From Basidiobolus meristosporus CBS 931.73 (lineage: Eukaryota > Fungi > Basidiobolomycota): 64,000 nt of DNA. The notes under the pieces were generated by a model. The model searched no databases and was not told the origin of the DNA. It saw only the letters and a list, made by a program, of their open reading frames with translations. This document shows, piece after piece, positions 1 to 13,900 of this stretch. Numbering within the stretch: the stretch's first letter is position 1; the number at the start of each line of letters is the position of its first letter. The position numbers were made by a program, and so were the translations under genes. The stretch is taken from positions 62,001 through 126,000 of the forward strand of contig MCFE01000131.1 of assembly GCA_002104905.1 (NCBI GenBank), written 5' to 3'.

Positions 1-1207
1 ATCAGCAGATTTGGACAGCAATTGACCAAGCCACTCAATGATCAGTAGCTGGAGCTGTATCAGTAGCCAGTGAAGCAGAAGTTGCAAGTTTTATCTACTA
101 TGAGATACTGATGAAGTTTGGATGCCATGAAGATATCTTTTCTGACAGAGGTGCAAACCTTATGGCCAAAACAATGGAAGCCTACCTGGAAATGCAGCAG
201 GTCATACACTTGCAACCTTTTGATTAGCACCCTAGTACTGATGGAGTTACTGCGTAGTTTATGAATTACTGAGAAAAATGCTGACTAAGTCTGCATATGA
301 AGCCATTAGCTGATAGGATGTGTGAGTTGACTAAGCATTGTTTGCCTGCAGAGTCAGGATGCATAAAACTACTCAACAATTGCCATTTTAATTAGTGAGT
401 GGTTGTGAACCAAGGAATCCAGGAAATGGAACACCGCAAAAACTCACTGACAAGTAGTAAGATGACCTGAGTCAGCCTAGTAGATTTATTTATTATAATT
501 AGAGCAAAAATGTAAAGAGGCACAGACCATAGCCTCTAAAGTGCAGAGAAGATGAAGTAGAGATTTGATAAGACTATATTACCTGAGGCTTTGACAGTTG
601 GGAACTTTGTGTTGCTAAAAAACCACACTTAGAAGAAGTTTGAGCCGCAATGAACAGAACCATTTAGGATCATCAGAGAATGTCCATTTACTACTTACCA
701 TCTATTTGACAAGCAAGGGAGTATCCAAGAAGATCTAGTTCATGGAAACAGACCCAAGCCTGCATTGCTTGCTGACAACATCAAACCCTGCAGATACTGG
801 TATCTCAAGAAACAAGTTTTTGCAGAACCCTCTCAGCCTTAGTAAATAAGATTATCACAATCAGATGCTTAAATATCTAGGTTAGATCAGATTTAGCCAA
901 ATCATTAGTTTTATGTTGAACTTATCAATACTTCAATACTATCTTTCAGATCAATAGTATGTCAGTAGATAAGTTAGCAGATCCTTATCAGACACAAATA
1001 GATAGATCTAATTTGGTGATGATGATACAATCAGATGAGTTGTCAGTCATAACCTAGATTAAGAGGTAAATTCAGTAAGCAATAGATCTGGCTAAGCATA
1101 TATAAGGAGTTGCTGGAATCTCAATAAAGTTCAGCTCATGTATTATCAAATACAATACTAGCTAAGCTCCCTATTCCTCTACAAATCTTATACCAAGACT
1201 TGTAACA
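1..1207 (+). mobile_element. Ty3/gypsy LTR retrotransposon 3' remnant (decayed integrase plus probable 3' LTR); 5' part lies outside the window
   Basis: Manual translation gives integrase motifs FGCHEDIFSDRGANL (~116-165), ALFACRVRMH (~335-365) and a GPY/F-like KFEPQ*TEPFRI (~635-670), with many stops. From ~850 to 1207 is an AT-rich LTR-like tract with TATATAAGG and CAATAAA, ending TTGTAACA. The LTR start was not resolved. Confidence 0.75.
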
Positions 1208-3431
1208 AAATATAGACTAAGCAGCATGGGAATTTTTGGAGAAGATCTTAAGAGCAAATTCAGTATCAAGCATGCTTTTTTTGAAACAAAAGTTCTACAA
1301 CATGGGGAAGAAGCCAGATGATGACATGCTACAACTCATTACCTGAATGGAGACACTTGCAGAAGATGTCTGCAGTGTTGATGCTGGTACATAAAATGAA
1401 GCAAAGATACTCTGCCTGCTTTGCAGCCTACCAGAAAGGTATGAGCCACTCATACTTTCTTCTGAAAGCCAAAGAGACAATTTGACATTGACTATGTCAA
1501 AGGAAGACTTCTCCATGAAGAATGCAGACATAATGATCAAGCAGAGAAAATTGGAGACCATACTTTATTTAGCTCAAAAGGGCACACAGAAAAGAAGGGA
1601 AAGCAACAAAACAAAGGAAAACTTGGTTGCTGTAACTACTCTAAGAAGCCAGGACACTAGGCCAGAGAATATAAGAAGAAACAAGCAGACAAAAAACTGA
1701 GTTTGGATCAGGCAAACCACATAGCTACTAATGAACAGCTATTTGTCACTGTACAAGATAGTGCAAGTAACCAAAGTAATGAACAGTATATGCCTTGGGT
1801 GCATCACAGCATATTTATGGTATCAAGGAGTGGATCAGCAACTTAAAGACTATTCCCATTGAAGGTTAATCTGGGAGGCCACTCTGCACTGGAAGCTACC
1901 ACCAGTATGTCTATACAACTAAATTTGAATGATATTTCAGGGGCTACAACACCAAAACTGACTGACATACTCTATGTACCTGGAATAGCCAAGAACCTAC
2001 TCTTGGTCAGTAAAGCAACCACTCAGCGACTTAGATTTGCTTTTACTAAGCTGAACTGCTCAATTTTGAGTGTAAATGCACAAAAATAAGCTTTGGAAAT
2101 CAGAGATCACAATTTATACAAGTTACAATACAACATTAAAGTACCTGAGTACGTCAACAATGCCAACTCTAATGAAACTAACTGGGAAATGTGGTATTGG
2201 AGACTAGGACACATTGGGGAACAGAGAATGAGCCAATTGGTTAAAAAGCACCTTGCTTTGGGCCTTAGTTACTCCATTCCAACCAAGTTGAGTGTCTGTA
2301 AGGGATGTTCATATAGCAAACAATCTAGCCAATGATTGAGAAGCTCAGGAGGCATTAACACCACCAAAATAGTGTCTATTGTATACTCAGACATTTGTGG
2401 GCCTATGAGAACACTGTCCTTTGGAGCCAAGAGATACTTTACAACATTTTTTGATGACAAGACAAGATGTTCATGAGTGTATTTCCTCAAAACAAAGGAT
2501 GAGACTTTAGAGAAGTTTAATCATGGCAGGAATATGGCAGAAACACAAACTGGGTGTAAATTGAAGGTACTCTGAAGCAACAATGGAGGGAAATACTGCT
2601 CATCTACTGGTATACTTCAGCAGACCACTGTTCCAGAAACTCCACAGCAAAATGGAGTAGCAGAATGTGCAAAGAATAGAACAATAGTAGAAATAAGAAG
2701 ATCTTTGCTATGTGATAAGAAAATGGACTATAAGTTTGGGCTGAATCTGCTGCTACCACAGCATACATCAAGAGTAGATGCCCAATAACAGCACCATGTA
2801 GGTAGAAAAGGGATCCTTCTGGGGTATTGTGATGATACTGAAGGGTAAACTGTAATATGGCAAAATTCAGCAGCTGGTTAAGAGCAGGGATATTGTATTT
2901 GCGGAGCATACAGATTGGGGAGCCACTGAGATCATAGGCCAGCTGCCTGATGATGCAATGAACAGTTATGAAGAAGATACTTACCTAATTCAGCCAGATA
3001 CAGATGATTATTCTACTAGTTCTGGATCAGTGCAGATCATCCCAGTTGGGAGACCTACCAGAATAAAAAATGCCCCTGGATTCTGGTGTCAGACATCCAA
3101 TGAGCTTGAAGTAGCTTATCTTGCCCTTTGTGCCAAACCTCAGAATCTGGAACAGGCAATGCAAAGTCCAGATGCTACCATGTGGCAGCAAGCCATGCAC
3201 AAGGAGTACCAATCACCAATCAAGGCAAAAATGTGGGAACTGTTAGATGAACCAAATAGGAGAATGCAATAGGATGTAGATGAGTCTTCAAGATCAAGAT
3301 AACCTCAAATGGTACTGCTTTTAAGTACAAGGCTAGATTGGTGGATAATGGCTATTCCAAGATCCAGAGACTAGGCTTTAAGGAAACACTTGCTCTGGTT
3401 GCCAAATTTAACTCCATTAGGATAGCTCTAG
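1208..3431 (+). mobile_element. Ty1/copia retrotransposon remnant (gag, protease, GAG-pre-integrase, integrase, start of RT), truncated at both ends
   Basis: Copia domain order is preserved: gag KFYNMGKKPDDDML...LLCSLPERYEPLI; zinc-knuckle remnant ~1625-1660; protease GASQH ~1800; WYWRLGHIGE (ORF 2093-2335); integrase IVYSDICGPM...FFDDKTR ~2380-2470; RT start PQNLEQAMQSPDATMWQQAMHKEY...YKARLV...AKFNSIR. Many stops and frameshifts. Confidence 0.9.
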
Positions 3432-4099
3432 CCCCATTGCAATCTTGCTCTTCTGCCTGTGATAGGTTCTGCTCTTCTTAAGATACTTTCTTAGCATACC
3501 AATACTTGCCCAAAATCCATTTGCTTGTTTGGATCCAGGATAATGTTCATTGAGCAAGTCAGCGCATTGTGCTTAGCCTTGAGTTGCTGATGGTTCAATG
3601 GCATTCCAACCTTGAGGTGTTGGCATTCTAAACTTGTAACTGCTTCTGGAACATAGGCCAACTCTTCATCATTGCACTCAATGGCTTCACAGATCATCAA
3701 TGTCATTTGATTTTTATGCTTTGGTATTAACACTTCATTTTCTCCCCCCACGCTGCTTTAGGTTTTTCTGTGGGCTTTATCTTTGGGCATTGTTGTGTTC
3801 TTCAAAGACTGTACAGCATTCCTCTGCTGTTACATTGGGAAATGGCTAAACTCTTGGCTGTGACATTGACCTGCTTGAGTTCCTTCTCTGAAGCAAAGAT
3901 GCTGCTTTCTCTATCTGGGATATCAATTGCTCTATACCTTTTATCCTCTCATCCTGTTTCTGGGCTATTTCATGATTTTTCTGGGCCACCCTATGCAAAG
4001 TAATTTGGTCCTGCAGATGGATCCAATCCAGATCAGCCATTGGGATCCCATTAAGAGACCAACATAATACCAGCTGCATGGAAATAATGACCCTCTTAA

Positions 4100-7000
4100 C
4101 AATCTTATGACAGGATCACAACAGTGTTTTGATAATTTTACTACCAAACAAAGGCATAAAACTTGACAAGACTTGATTGGCGCTGTGACAATAATTGCAT
4201 AGTAATGTTGAGTCCTTATTGCAATCTACAACTATTGTAGATGGAACCAACCAGCCAGGGCATCTAATTCCCTTATATGGCAAGAAACATTGTGGTAGGG
4301 TAAACATACCTCCCACAGAAAAGTTTATTCATATAGTCATTATGATGTACTTATCCATATTTTATCTTATCAGTATTATCCCATTCTTCTTTGCCCATAT
4401 TATCAGTATTATCCCATATGATGTTTACCATGATTAGTTATTAGCATTAGTTATCCCAAATGTTATTCAGCTTTGTGATCAGTGGATGTATCTATATAAG
4501 GCAAGTACCCACATAAGTACCTGTGACACATGACCTAGGTCTGTGTTACCATCCCTAACATTTCAATACCATATATGGTATTTCTATGTTGCGCAGGTTT
4601 CAGACTACTGATTCCTGATTGGTTGAATGTGCTGTGCCTTTTAGAACCTTCCAGGACATTCTTGGCATATTTTTAGCTCATAGTGATGTCATCAAGAATT
4701 CCACAGATACCTAGAATTTTCTAGAACCTTTTCATCAGTAATCACTTGGCAATCAGGAAAAGTATTTAAGGGAAAGCAATCCCTCATCAATAAATCATCC
4801 CTTCTATCAGTAACAATTCTACCTTATTGATTAGCAGTTGATCACTGCACCTGCCTTCAACAGTACATCTCAGACCTGCTATCAAAGAGCTTTTCAGGGT
4901 AGTGCACAAGACACACAGAGGCCTTTGGAGACACTTGGAGCACCTAGGAAGCTAGAGAAGCAGGAGCTTTTACCATAGTGACATATTGACAAAGACACCA
5001 GCAGTTTAGACACAGAGGTTATTGCACCCATCAGCCACCTCACACACCTTGAGTTGTGTAGCTTCTCCCAGGAGTACCTCTACACCACCACAACGTGACG
5101 GTATTTCAACAGCCTCATAACAAGACTCTGATGGCATTATATTGGCAGTATGGTGGCTTACAGCTGGTTCTGTATAATGCTACCATACCAATTTATCAAA
5201 TGGTATTTCCTTTTTCTACCTCCCCTGGGGCAATTCATATTATTCACTGCAGATTCACTCCTCTTTATTTGCTTACATATTACTACCTTGAGTATTCCAC
5301 ACATAGTTTGAATCTAAAAACTATGGCCTACGGCTTACTAACCACTACAAATGCGCACACCTGCCACAATTCACATATGTCTATCACCTCAACCCTATGG
5401 CTTTTTAGTGCAATACTTCCAAAGTTGTCATATACCTTGTACTACTGGTAGCATATGCATCTTGCTAACACATGCTTGGTTGCCAGCACTTCTGCCATAA
5501 ATACCTCCTGAATATCTGCCAAGAACTTCTTTGTATTTATCCAGTATACTCCTTCTCCCTGATGAATTCTAGTCCCCCTTATAGTTGCGCTCTGGCTTTT
5601 CTTTGTATGAATTCTGTATTGAATGGTGTTGAAGTTGGCTTGTAACCAAGAGAAATCCGGCATACCCTGGTAGAGTTTTCCTAATAAAAGTTGTTGCTTG
5701 TTGCACCCAACCCAACTTTGTATTACTTAACTGATTACCTATGTATTGGAGCTGCTTAGCTTCTTAATGCCATAAGCATAGGTGTCTCCATGCGCTCATT
5801 TGTCCTTAGTACTTTCCAACTCTTCCTGGTGCTCCACCATGTGCCAACTCATCACATCCATGACAGACTTGAAGGTAATATTCTCAATGAGCTTGGGATA
5901 TGGTAGTACCTGCAACTTGACTCCTCTTCCTATCTCCCCACACATCTGCTCCATAGGAAACTCCCCAAAGGTGAAGCAAAGCCCAATATTTTCAACACAC
6001 TGTGCAAGATGAAGTAGAGAATGGATACAGCAGTGACAGAGATCTATGCATTCAGCTTTATGTTTGCAGTATAGCAGCTCAAATCCAGTTACAAACTCCT
6101 TGCAAAACAGCTTTAGATGTGTCAAGTTGGCATTAGTGATCTGCTTCTGGATAAATATTCCTAGAAGGTACACATATGACTCCCAATGCTTCCAATGTAC
6201 TTTTGGTAGGAATGGCTTCAGAACACCACTTGAATAAATTCATATCCAGTTCAGCCAGTCATTGCACTTCTATTGTTGCAGATGCATATGAATACTGATT
6301 AGAGCCTGTGAGATGTACTTAAGGGAGCAAATACTCTGTGCTATCTTGCCAATTCTTTCAAATTTCTCTGGTATCTCAAAGAGCTCATTTAGCCCAAAAT
6401 GCCCCAGGTACAACTTGGTCATTAGTATAGGGACATTGTTGAGAAGCAAATGCATTGATCCCAGTGCAAAGCTTTTGCTCCAACAGATACCCTCTACCTT
6501 AAGTATCTCTGGTTTCTGATTGATTCTGTGCTCTGGCCAATGGCTTAGAGCTTGCCAATTTTGCTGCAAATGCATGCTGACTTCTGTATGTTCTCTCTGA
6601 GGAAAAGTGATGTTCTAACTGCTGTTGTCTGGGTAATAACAATATGTGTAAGTTATGGAGTTAATCCCCTGGAGCTCACATATTTGACAGCAATACCATT
6701 GATTGTGCCTGGAAAAACCTGCTATCTTGCTGATGGCTGGAATATCTCCAATGCAGAGGATAATATGCCCTTATACATGATGGCCATTTACTGTTATCCT
6801 GATGAAAAGCATACAAAATTATTCCAGCAATGGATACAGGTAGCTATCCAGGTTAGATGGTGATTAGAGGCCCAGATACCAGTGAGACTAAAGTCAAATT
6901 ATTTCTATGATACTGTAAGATGGGTGGCAGATACAGATTGATGAAAATCAGTGGCCAGCAAGATCTGCTGGTAGAGTACTTGTCTACTGAGAATCTATCA

Positions 7001-7908
7001 AGTGCTAAGGCAAAGGCATGGGCATACATATCTTCAAAGTGGCCCGTGCTTCTTAGCTGTTTGTAATGTTTGCCATCAAATATATTGGATATGTTTGCAT
7101 TTGACTGATACTGAGTGTGGGACTCTATAGCTTTGCAAGATTTGTTGGACTTCATGAGCTTCCTCAGACAGGGTATGACCAGAATATTTCCAGATTGTGA
7201 ATGGTATCTTCCCTCAATGGTGGTGGATTCCTGACAATTTGGACACATTGCAATGGTAGCATTTTTGGATGTAAATACCATGCAACTGTTAACACATGCT
7301 GGAATCAGGATAATCTCTGGATCCTATGTTGCCAGCTGCATGACAGTTGTCCACTTGTACCATGTACATGGTAAGTTGCATCCTGGAATGTGTTTGGGCA
7401 GAAGTAGTAATAAATCCTCAAAGCCCCCATTACTGATATTAGTGGAAACACACCACTTCTCTAGCCACAACATTACATCATTGACAAGTAGATGGATTAC
7501 TGAGCTCACTTGGCTCCATGAAGTATCCTTGGCATTTTTTCAATGGGCAATATCTCACTGCATATTGGGGTTTGACTAGGCTCATACATGGTACTGTTGT
7601 TAGGGAAGATAGGCTCACTATCCATTGGCAAACTTTTTTTGTCAGAGCTATCACTCTGTGTGCCATATTCAGAAGGCTGATGTGACCCTAAAGGTGCCCA
7701 TATAGAAGTATTAACTGTCTGGCAAGATAATGTTGGTACTGTATTGACCAATCAATGGTCAAATATGACATTTGTGGCAAAACACTGGCCATGATCCTTG
7801 AATACTTCCTCTGCTGTCTGTGTGCTTCATGGCTGAGCAGCTTGCTACAGTAACCACATGGTGTTTTTCTCTTCTCTTATGGCATTGCGTCAAAGTAGTC
7901 TTGTCCAT
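4100..7908 (-). pseudogene. Tnp2-family (Transposase_21-like) CACTA transposase, copy B, decayed
   Basis: Minus-strand ORF fragments 7324-7509, 6853-7281, 6270-6575, 5796-6173 and 5442-5663 are homologous to the 512-aa ORF at 29233. The 3' end is approximate. Confidence 0.85.
4291..5092 (+). mobile_element. Solo LTR-like insertion (802 bp, TGTGGT...ACCACA)
   Basis: Interrupts copy B. Termini are inverted (TGTGGT/ACCACA) and the 4-bp TSD is ACAT/ACGT (one transition). The empty site aligns with copy D (GGCAAGAA-ACTT-GACAG). Internal TATA-like and AATAAA motifs. Homologous to 17644-18712. Confidence 0.7.
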
Positions 7909-8130
7909 GGGGCAAACATTTTCATCTTCAACAACATAATGCAATTATATCTCTTTTTGGTCAATACTCATGTGAATCTAAGACAGTCTTGTATTTGAGA
8001 CATTGCGCCTACATTAATGTAAGATTCAATGATTACCTGCCATGGTAAGCATTATAAATAAAGTTCTAGCACCACATACACTTGTATATGTAATGCTATT
8101 TCCCTTTTGGTTTGACTCACTCCTGTTTAT

Positions 8131-10957
8131 ATGTGGCCAAGAAATAAAGCAAATTTGTCTGGTTCCCAACCAAACCCCACTGCTGATGGCAACAGAAAAA
8201 ATGGTTGGAAAACAGCTTACTTTGACATTCAGTGCAACAAGCAGGGCTGCATCCAAAAAAGGCCATGTTGACAGTGTGCCCACCAAAGGTAATAATGAGG
8301 ACTCCTCAGGCTCTTGGTCAAGTAGGCAATTGAGAACCTCTGTGGAGCCACAAACTGACTGCTATGCTCAGGCAGATGAGAGTGTAGCAACTGCGGTACC
8401 CTCAGTTGAAGACCAGCAAGTGGCTGTCATGACATCACCACCACCCACATAAGTAAGCATATTGTTAGTTCATACCAAAACATTAATAAAGCAATAAGGT
8501 ACAGTGGCTGATTGGATATATGCAATGGCCAAGAGAAATCAGGAAATAGTCCAGAAATAGGATTAGTGAATGAATGGCATAGAGTAGTCAATATCCCAGG
8601 TAGAGAAAGCTGTATCTTTGCTGTAAAGAAGGAATTTAAGTAGCTCAATGTTACAGTCAAGAATGGAGCCATTTCCCAAGGTAACAGCAGAGCAACACTG
8701 TACAGTCTTTGAAGCAGAACAACAGTGCCAAAAGATAAAGCCCACAAAAAAACCTATCACAACATCAGAGGGAGAAAATGTAGTGTTTGTACTAAAGCCT
8801 AAACATCAAAAGATATTGAAGATGCATGAAGCCATTGAGTACAATGATAAAGAGCAAGCTAATATTCAAGAGGCCATTAGATGCCAAGCATGCCAACACC
8901 TTAAGGCCAGCACACCATGGGACCATCAGGAGCTCAAGGCCAGGCAGAATGTGCTTGACTTGCAGCATGAGCATTATCCTGGATTTAATCAAGCACATGG
9001 ATTTCAGGCCAGCATTGGTATGCTAAAAAAGCATCTCAAGAGTAGCAGAAACTATCAAAGGCAGAAGAACAAGTGTGCAATGGCTTACGCCAAGAAATAA
9101 CGCAAAGTCATCTGGTTCCAACCAAACCCCACTGCTGATGCCAGCAGAAGAATGGTTGGACAACAGCTTGCTTTGACATTCAATGCAACAAACAGGGCTA
9201 CATCCAACAAAGGCCATGTTGATAGTGTGCCCACTAAAGGTAATAATGCAAACTCCTTGAGCTCTGAGTCAAGTGAGCAATTGAGAACCTCTGCGGAGCT
9301 GCAAGCTTTCCATTATGCTCAGGCATATGAGAGTGTAGCAAATGCAGTACCTTCAGCTGAAGACCAGCGAGTGGCTGTCATAGCATCTCCACCACCTGTA
9401 TTGGCAAGTACACTGTTGGCTCATATCAAAGCAGGATGAGCAGATGAAAGGAGTAGAGCAAATGATATCCCAAGTGGGGAATGCTGTATATTTGCTGCAA
9501 AGAAGGAACTCAAGTAGGTCAATGTTACAGCCAAGAATTGAGCCATTTTGTAATGTAACAGCAGTGGAACATTGTACAGTCTTTGAAGCACAACAACAGC
9601 GCCCAAAGATAAAGTCCACAGAAAAGCCTATCACAGCATGGAAGGGAGACAATGTAGTGTTTATACCAAAGCCTAAAAATTAAAAGATATTGAAGATCTG
9701 TGAAGCTGATGAGCAAAATAATGAAGAGTGGGCTAATATTCAAGAGGCTGTCAGAAGTTTAGCACACCATCACCTTAAGGCCGGCTTACTATGGGACCAT
9801 CAGGAACTTAAGGTCTAGCAGAATACACTTGACTTGTTCCATGAGCATTATCCTGGACTCAAACAGGCAAACAGGCTTTGGGCCAGCACTGTCTGCTAAG
9901 AAAGTATCTTAAGTATAGCAATAAATATCAAAGGCAGAAGAACAAGGATGCCATGGCTAAAAACCAGCAGCTTTCTCACAACCCTGTTACAAGCAGGGCC
10001 TAAAGCTCTAGAGAAGCATCAAAGAGACATCAGGTGGCTGGAAGAGTGTCAATAAGGGACCAGCAGGCAGACAGAAATGCCCCAGCACAACATTTATCAA
10101 GGAAAAATTGTAGTATAACTCAGGAAGCACTCAGCCAAAGTAGTAGTGAAGGATCTGACAGAGATAAAAACCAGCAACTTTTACAGGAGCCTGCTACAAC
10201 AAAGGTTGAGAGCTCAAAACAAGCGGAAAAGAAATGTCAGGTTGCCAGAACAGTGCCAGCAAGGGACAAGCAGGCCAAAACATATGTTTCAGAGCAGAAT
10301 TTATCAAGGAGAAGATGTAGTTCATAACAAGAAGCACTCAGACAAAGTAGCATTGAAAGACCTAGCAGTGATAAAGGAAAAGGCAAAGGGAAGATACTTT
10401 CCAAAGCCTGAGCCAGGGAGGCATGCAAAAAAAACTGCAGTTCTTACCAACTAACACCACAAGCTTGGAACAGACTGAATCCTATTATAGCCAAGAACAA
10501 ATACCAACAATAAAACAGTTGTTTTCACAAGAGTTGGAAGTGCAGCAAGTGGAGCTACACTTCAGCAAGGTAGATGAGTTTGTATAAAAAGGCAACTTGT
10601 CTACTACAGCCTCCATGTCCTCCATTGTTGACAGAGTGGAAATCCCACTGACAGACAAGGCTACAATGTCAAGAGCTCAAAAGACTATCACAATGCCTTC
10701 AGTGAAATTTTGGAACATTAATAGGCACACCAAGAGGTTGCAGCACTTCTTCAAGAGCAGTGCTCAAGAAAACACGCTATATATTGCAAGGACTTATTGC
10801 AAAGATTGGCAGATGAGGTGCTAGACCTTGCAGTGCCTGCTGAAGACCAGGATGTGTGGGAACCAGTGAATGAACAGTGTCATAAAGTTGTGGGATCCCA
10901 ACAAAGTTGTGAAACCAGTGCATTATGGCAGAAATACTTATTGAGTGGTGGATTTGA
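8131..10957 (+). pseudogene. CACTA accessory ORF-A, copy B, with ~0.87-kb internal insertion
   Basis: Starts ATG TGG CCA AGA AAT (MWPRNKANLSGSQP) and ends EILIEWWI*. Fragments match ORFs 15456-16358, 27551-28171 and 26710-27240. Confidence 0.7.
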
Positions 10958-13900
10958 ATGGAGTTACTTTTTGAGTGTGGGGTTAGGCTTAATGTTAGTG
11001 TAGGGTATAGGAACTTTTATAGGTCAGTACAATTGTCAATAGAGGTACAACTGAAGTTTACCAGGCATAAGTCCATTCATATACATGAAAAGTAAGAGAA
11101 ATGGTTGAGTCAGGAAGCACCATGTGTGAGAAAGAGATAATAGCCAGTCAATGTACACAAATATAGGAGGTGATGGAGTGTCTGGGATCAGAAGGTGAGC
11201 AAATTGGCAGGGAGCCAATCAAAAGCCACTAATACATTCTTGTGATCAGAAATTGTGACCAAGTTTTTTGTGAAATCTGTGGTGCAATTATTTTTCAATG
11301 GTGTCTGGGCAGAGTCCTGACAGGATTAGTACCTCTTAGTCACTGGAACTTAACTTTGTGATGGCCTTTTAACAGGATCATTACAATAATTTCCCATAGG
11401 GCCATTACATCTATCCTATCAGCCACCGCACCTTATTGTCTCATTAATGCTTTGATATGAGCTGACAACCTACTTGTCAACACAGGTTGTGGTGATGTTA
11501 TGACAGCCACTTGCTTGTCTTTAACTGAACTTGCCACTTGCTGGTCTTCAACAAAGAGTACTGTGTTTGCTACATTTTCATCTGCCTCAGCAATATGATC
11601 AGCTTGTGGCTCTGCAGAGATTCCCAATTGCCTAGTTGACGGAGAGCCTGAAGAGTCCACTTTATTCCCTTTAGTGGGCACACAGTCCACAGGGCTTTTT
11701 TTGGTTGTAGCCCTGCTTGTTGCACTGAATGTTAAAGCAAGCTGTTGTCCAACTGTTCTTCTGTTGCTGTCAGCAATAGGGCTTGGTTGGGAACCAGACA
11801 ACTTTGCATTATTTTTTGGTGGCATATACATGGAAGTGAGTCAAACCAAAGGGGAAATGGAGTATCATATTCATGTGTTAGTAGTGCCACAACCTTATTT
11901 ACAATGCTTACCATAGCAGGTCATCACTGAACCTTACATTTATGTAGGTGCATTGTCCCAAATACAAGATTCTCTTAGATTCACATGAGCATTGACCAAA
12001 AGGTGATATAAAGCATTGCATTGTTCAGTGTCAAACTGTTTGCCCCATACACCAGACTACTAAGGATTAATGCCTTGAGAGGAGAGAAAAAAGACCATAT
12101 GGCTACTGTATCAAGCTGCTCAGCCATGAGGCATGCAGACAGCATAGGTAGTATTGCAAGGATCATGGTCAGTGTTTTGCCACACAAGTCATATTTGACA
12201 ACTCACCAGTCACTACTGTACCAAAAATATGTTGCCAGCCTCTTGATACTTCAATAATGGCATCTGGCTGTACTTGTCACCTTGCACAAACTGAGTCAGG
12301 AGAGTTTGTGACACCTTTAGGCTCAGCCCAGCCTTCCAAATAAGGTGCGCAGAGTGATAATTCTCAAGAAGCAAGCTCACTGATGAATTATGAGCCTATC
12401 TTCCATAAAAACAGTATCCTGCATGAGCCCAGCAGAATCTCAATATGCAATGAGACAACACTCAAGGAAAAAAAATCCCAAGGATATTTTATGGAGTCAA
12501 GTGAGCGTAGTAAATCATCTACTGGTGAATGATGTGATGTTGGGGCTAGAGAAGTTGTGCCTTTCCACTAATGTCAGTAATGGGGGCTTTGAGGATTTCT
12601 ACCACTTCTTGCCAAAATCACTCCAGGATGCAACTTGCCATGTACATGTTATAAATGGAAAACCATCATGCTACTGGCAACATATGAGCCAGAGACCCTC
12701 CTGATACTAGCATGTGCCAACAGGTGCATGTCTCTCAAATCAGAAAATGCCACCATTGCAAGGTGTCCAACTTGGCAGGAACTGACTACCAATTGTGGGA
12801 AAACATAGTTCACACTCTGGGTATATACTGGTAATCCCCATATGAGGAAGCTTGTGCAGTCCAACAAATATTGTGAAGCTATAAAAGTACAACACTCAGT
12901 ATCAATCAGGTGCAAATATATTAGATATACTTGATGGCAAACATTGCAAACAGCTAAGAAGCAACAACTACTTTGAAGGTATGTGACCATGCATTTACCT
13001 TGGCACTTGAGGAATACTCATTAAACAAGTACTCCACCAGCAAATTGTACTAGCCACCAATTCTCATCATCCCAAATTTGTCACCTATCTTACAGTATCA
13101 GAGCAGAAATCTGATGGTAGTCTCACTGATATCTGGGCCTAGTTCATCATTCAATCTGGATAGCTACCTCAATCCATTGCTGGATGAATTTTGTATGCTT
13201 TCCAGCAGGATAACAGTAAATGGCTGTCATGTAAAAGCGCATATTATTATCATCATTGGACATACCCCTGGTATCAGCAAAATAGCGGGGTTTTCTGGGC
13301 ACAAAGGAAGGGATTGCTGTCAAATGTGAGAAATTCAGACACTACTTCATTACTCACACATGTGATTAATACCCAAACACCAACATTAAGAACATCATCT
13401 TACCACAGAGAGAATGTACAGAAGTCAACATGCAATTGCAGCAAAGTTGGTAAGCTATAAGCAATTGGCCAAAATCTGGAATTAATTGGAAACCAGAGGT
13501 ACATTACATAGAGGGTATCTGTTGTAGCAAAAGCTTTCCACTGGGAGCATTTCATTTGCTTTTCAGCAATATCCCTATACTAATGACCAAGTTGTACCTG
13601 GGGCATTTTGGGCTAAATGGGCCCTTTGATATACCAGTGAAATTTGAAAGAATTGGCAAGATATTACAGAGTATCTGTTACCCCAAGTACTTCTCATAGG
13701 CTCCAATCAATATTCTTATGCATATGCAGCAATATAAGTGTAAGGACTGGATGAACTGGATATGTATTTATTCAAGTGGTGTTCTGAAGCCATCCCTACC
13801 AAAAGTACATTGGAAGCATTGGGAGTCATAGGTAGACATTCTAAGAATACCTATCCAGAAGCAGATCCACAATGCCAACTTGATGCATCTAGAGCTGTTG

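Larger units (their letters stand above)
3989..11401 (-). mobile_element. CACTA/EnSpm-like element copy B, complete with TIRs and 3-bp TSD
   Basis: Starts CCCTATGCAAAGTAATTTGG (3989) and ends CAATAATTTCCCATAGGG (11401). Flanked by CCA (3986-3988) and CCA (11402-11404). The empty site GGG-CCA-TTACATC aligns with ORF-A sequence of the other copies. Transposase is on the minus strand (~7908 to ~4100) and ORF-A on plus (8131 to ~10957). Confidence 0.9.
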
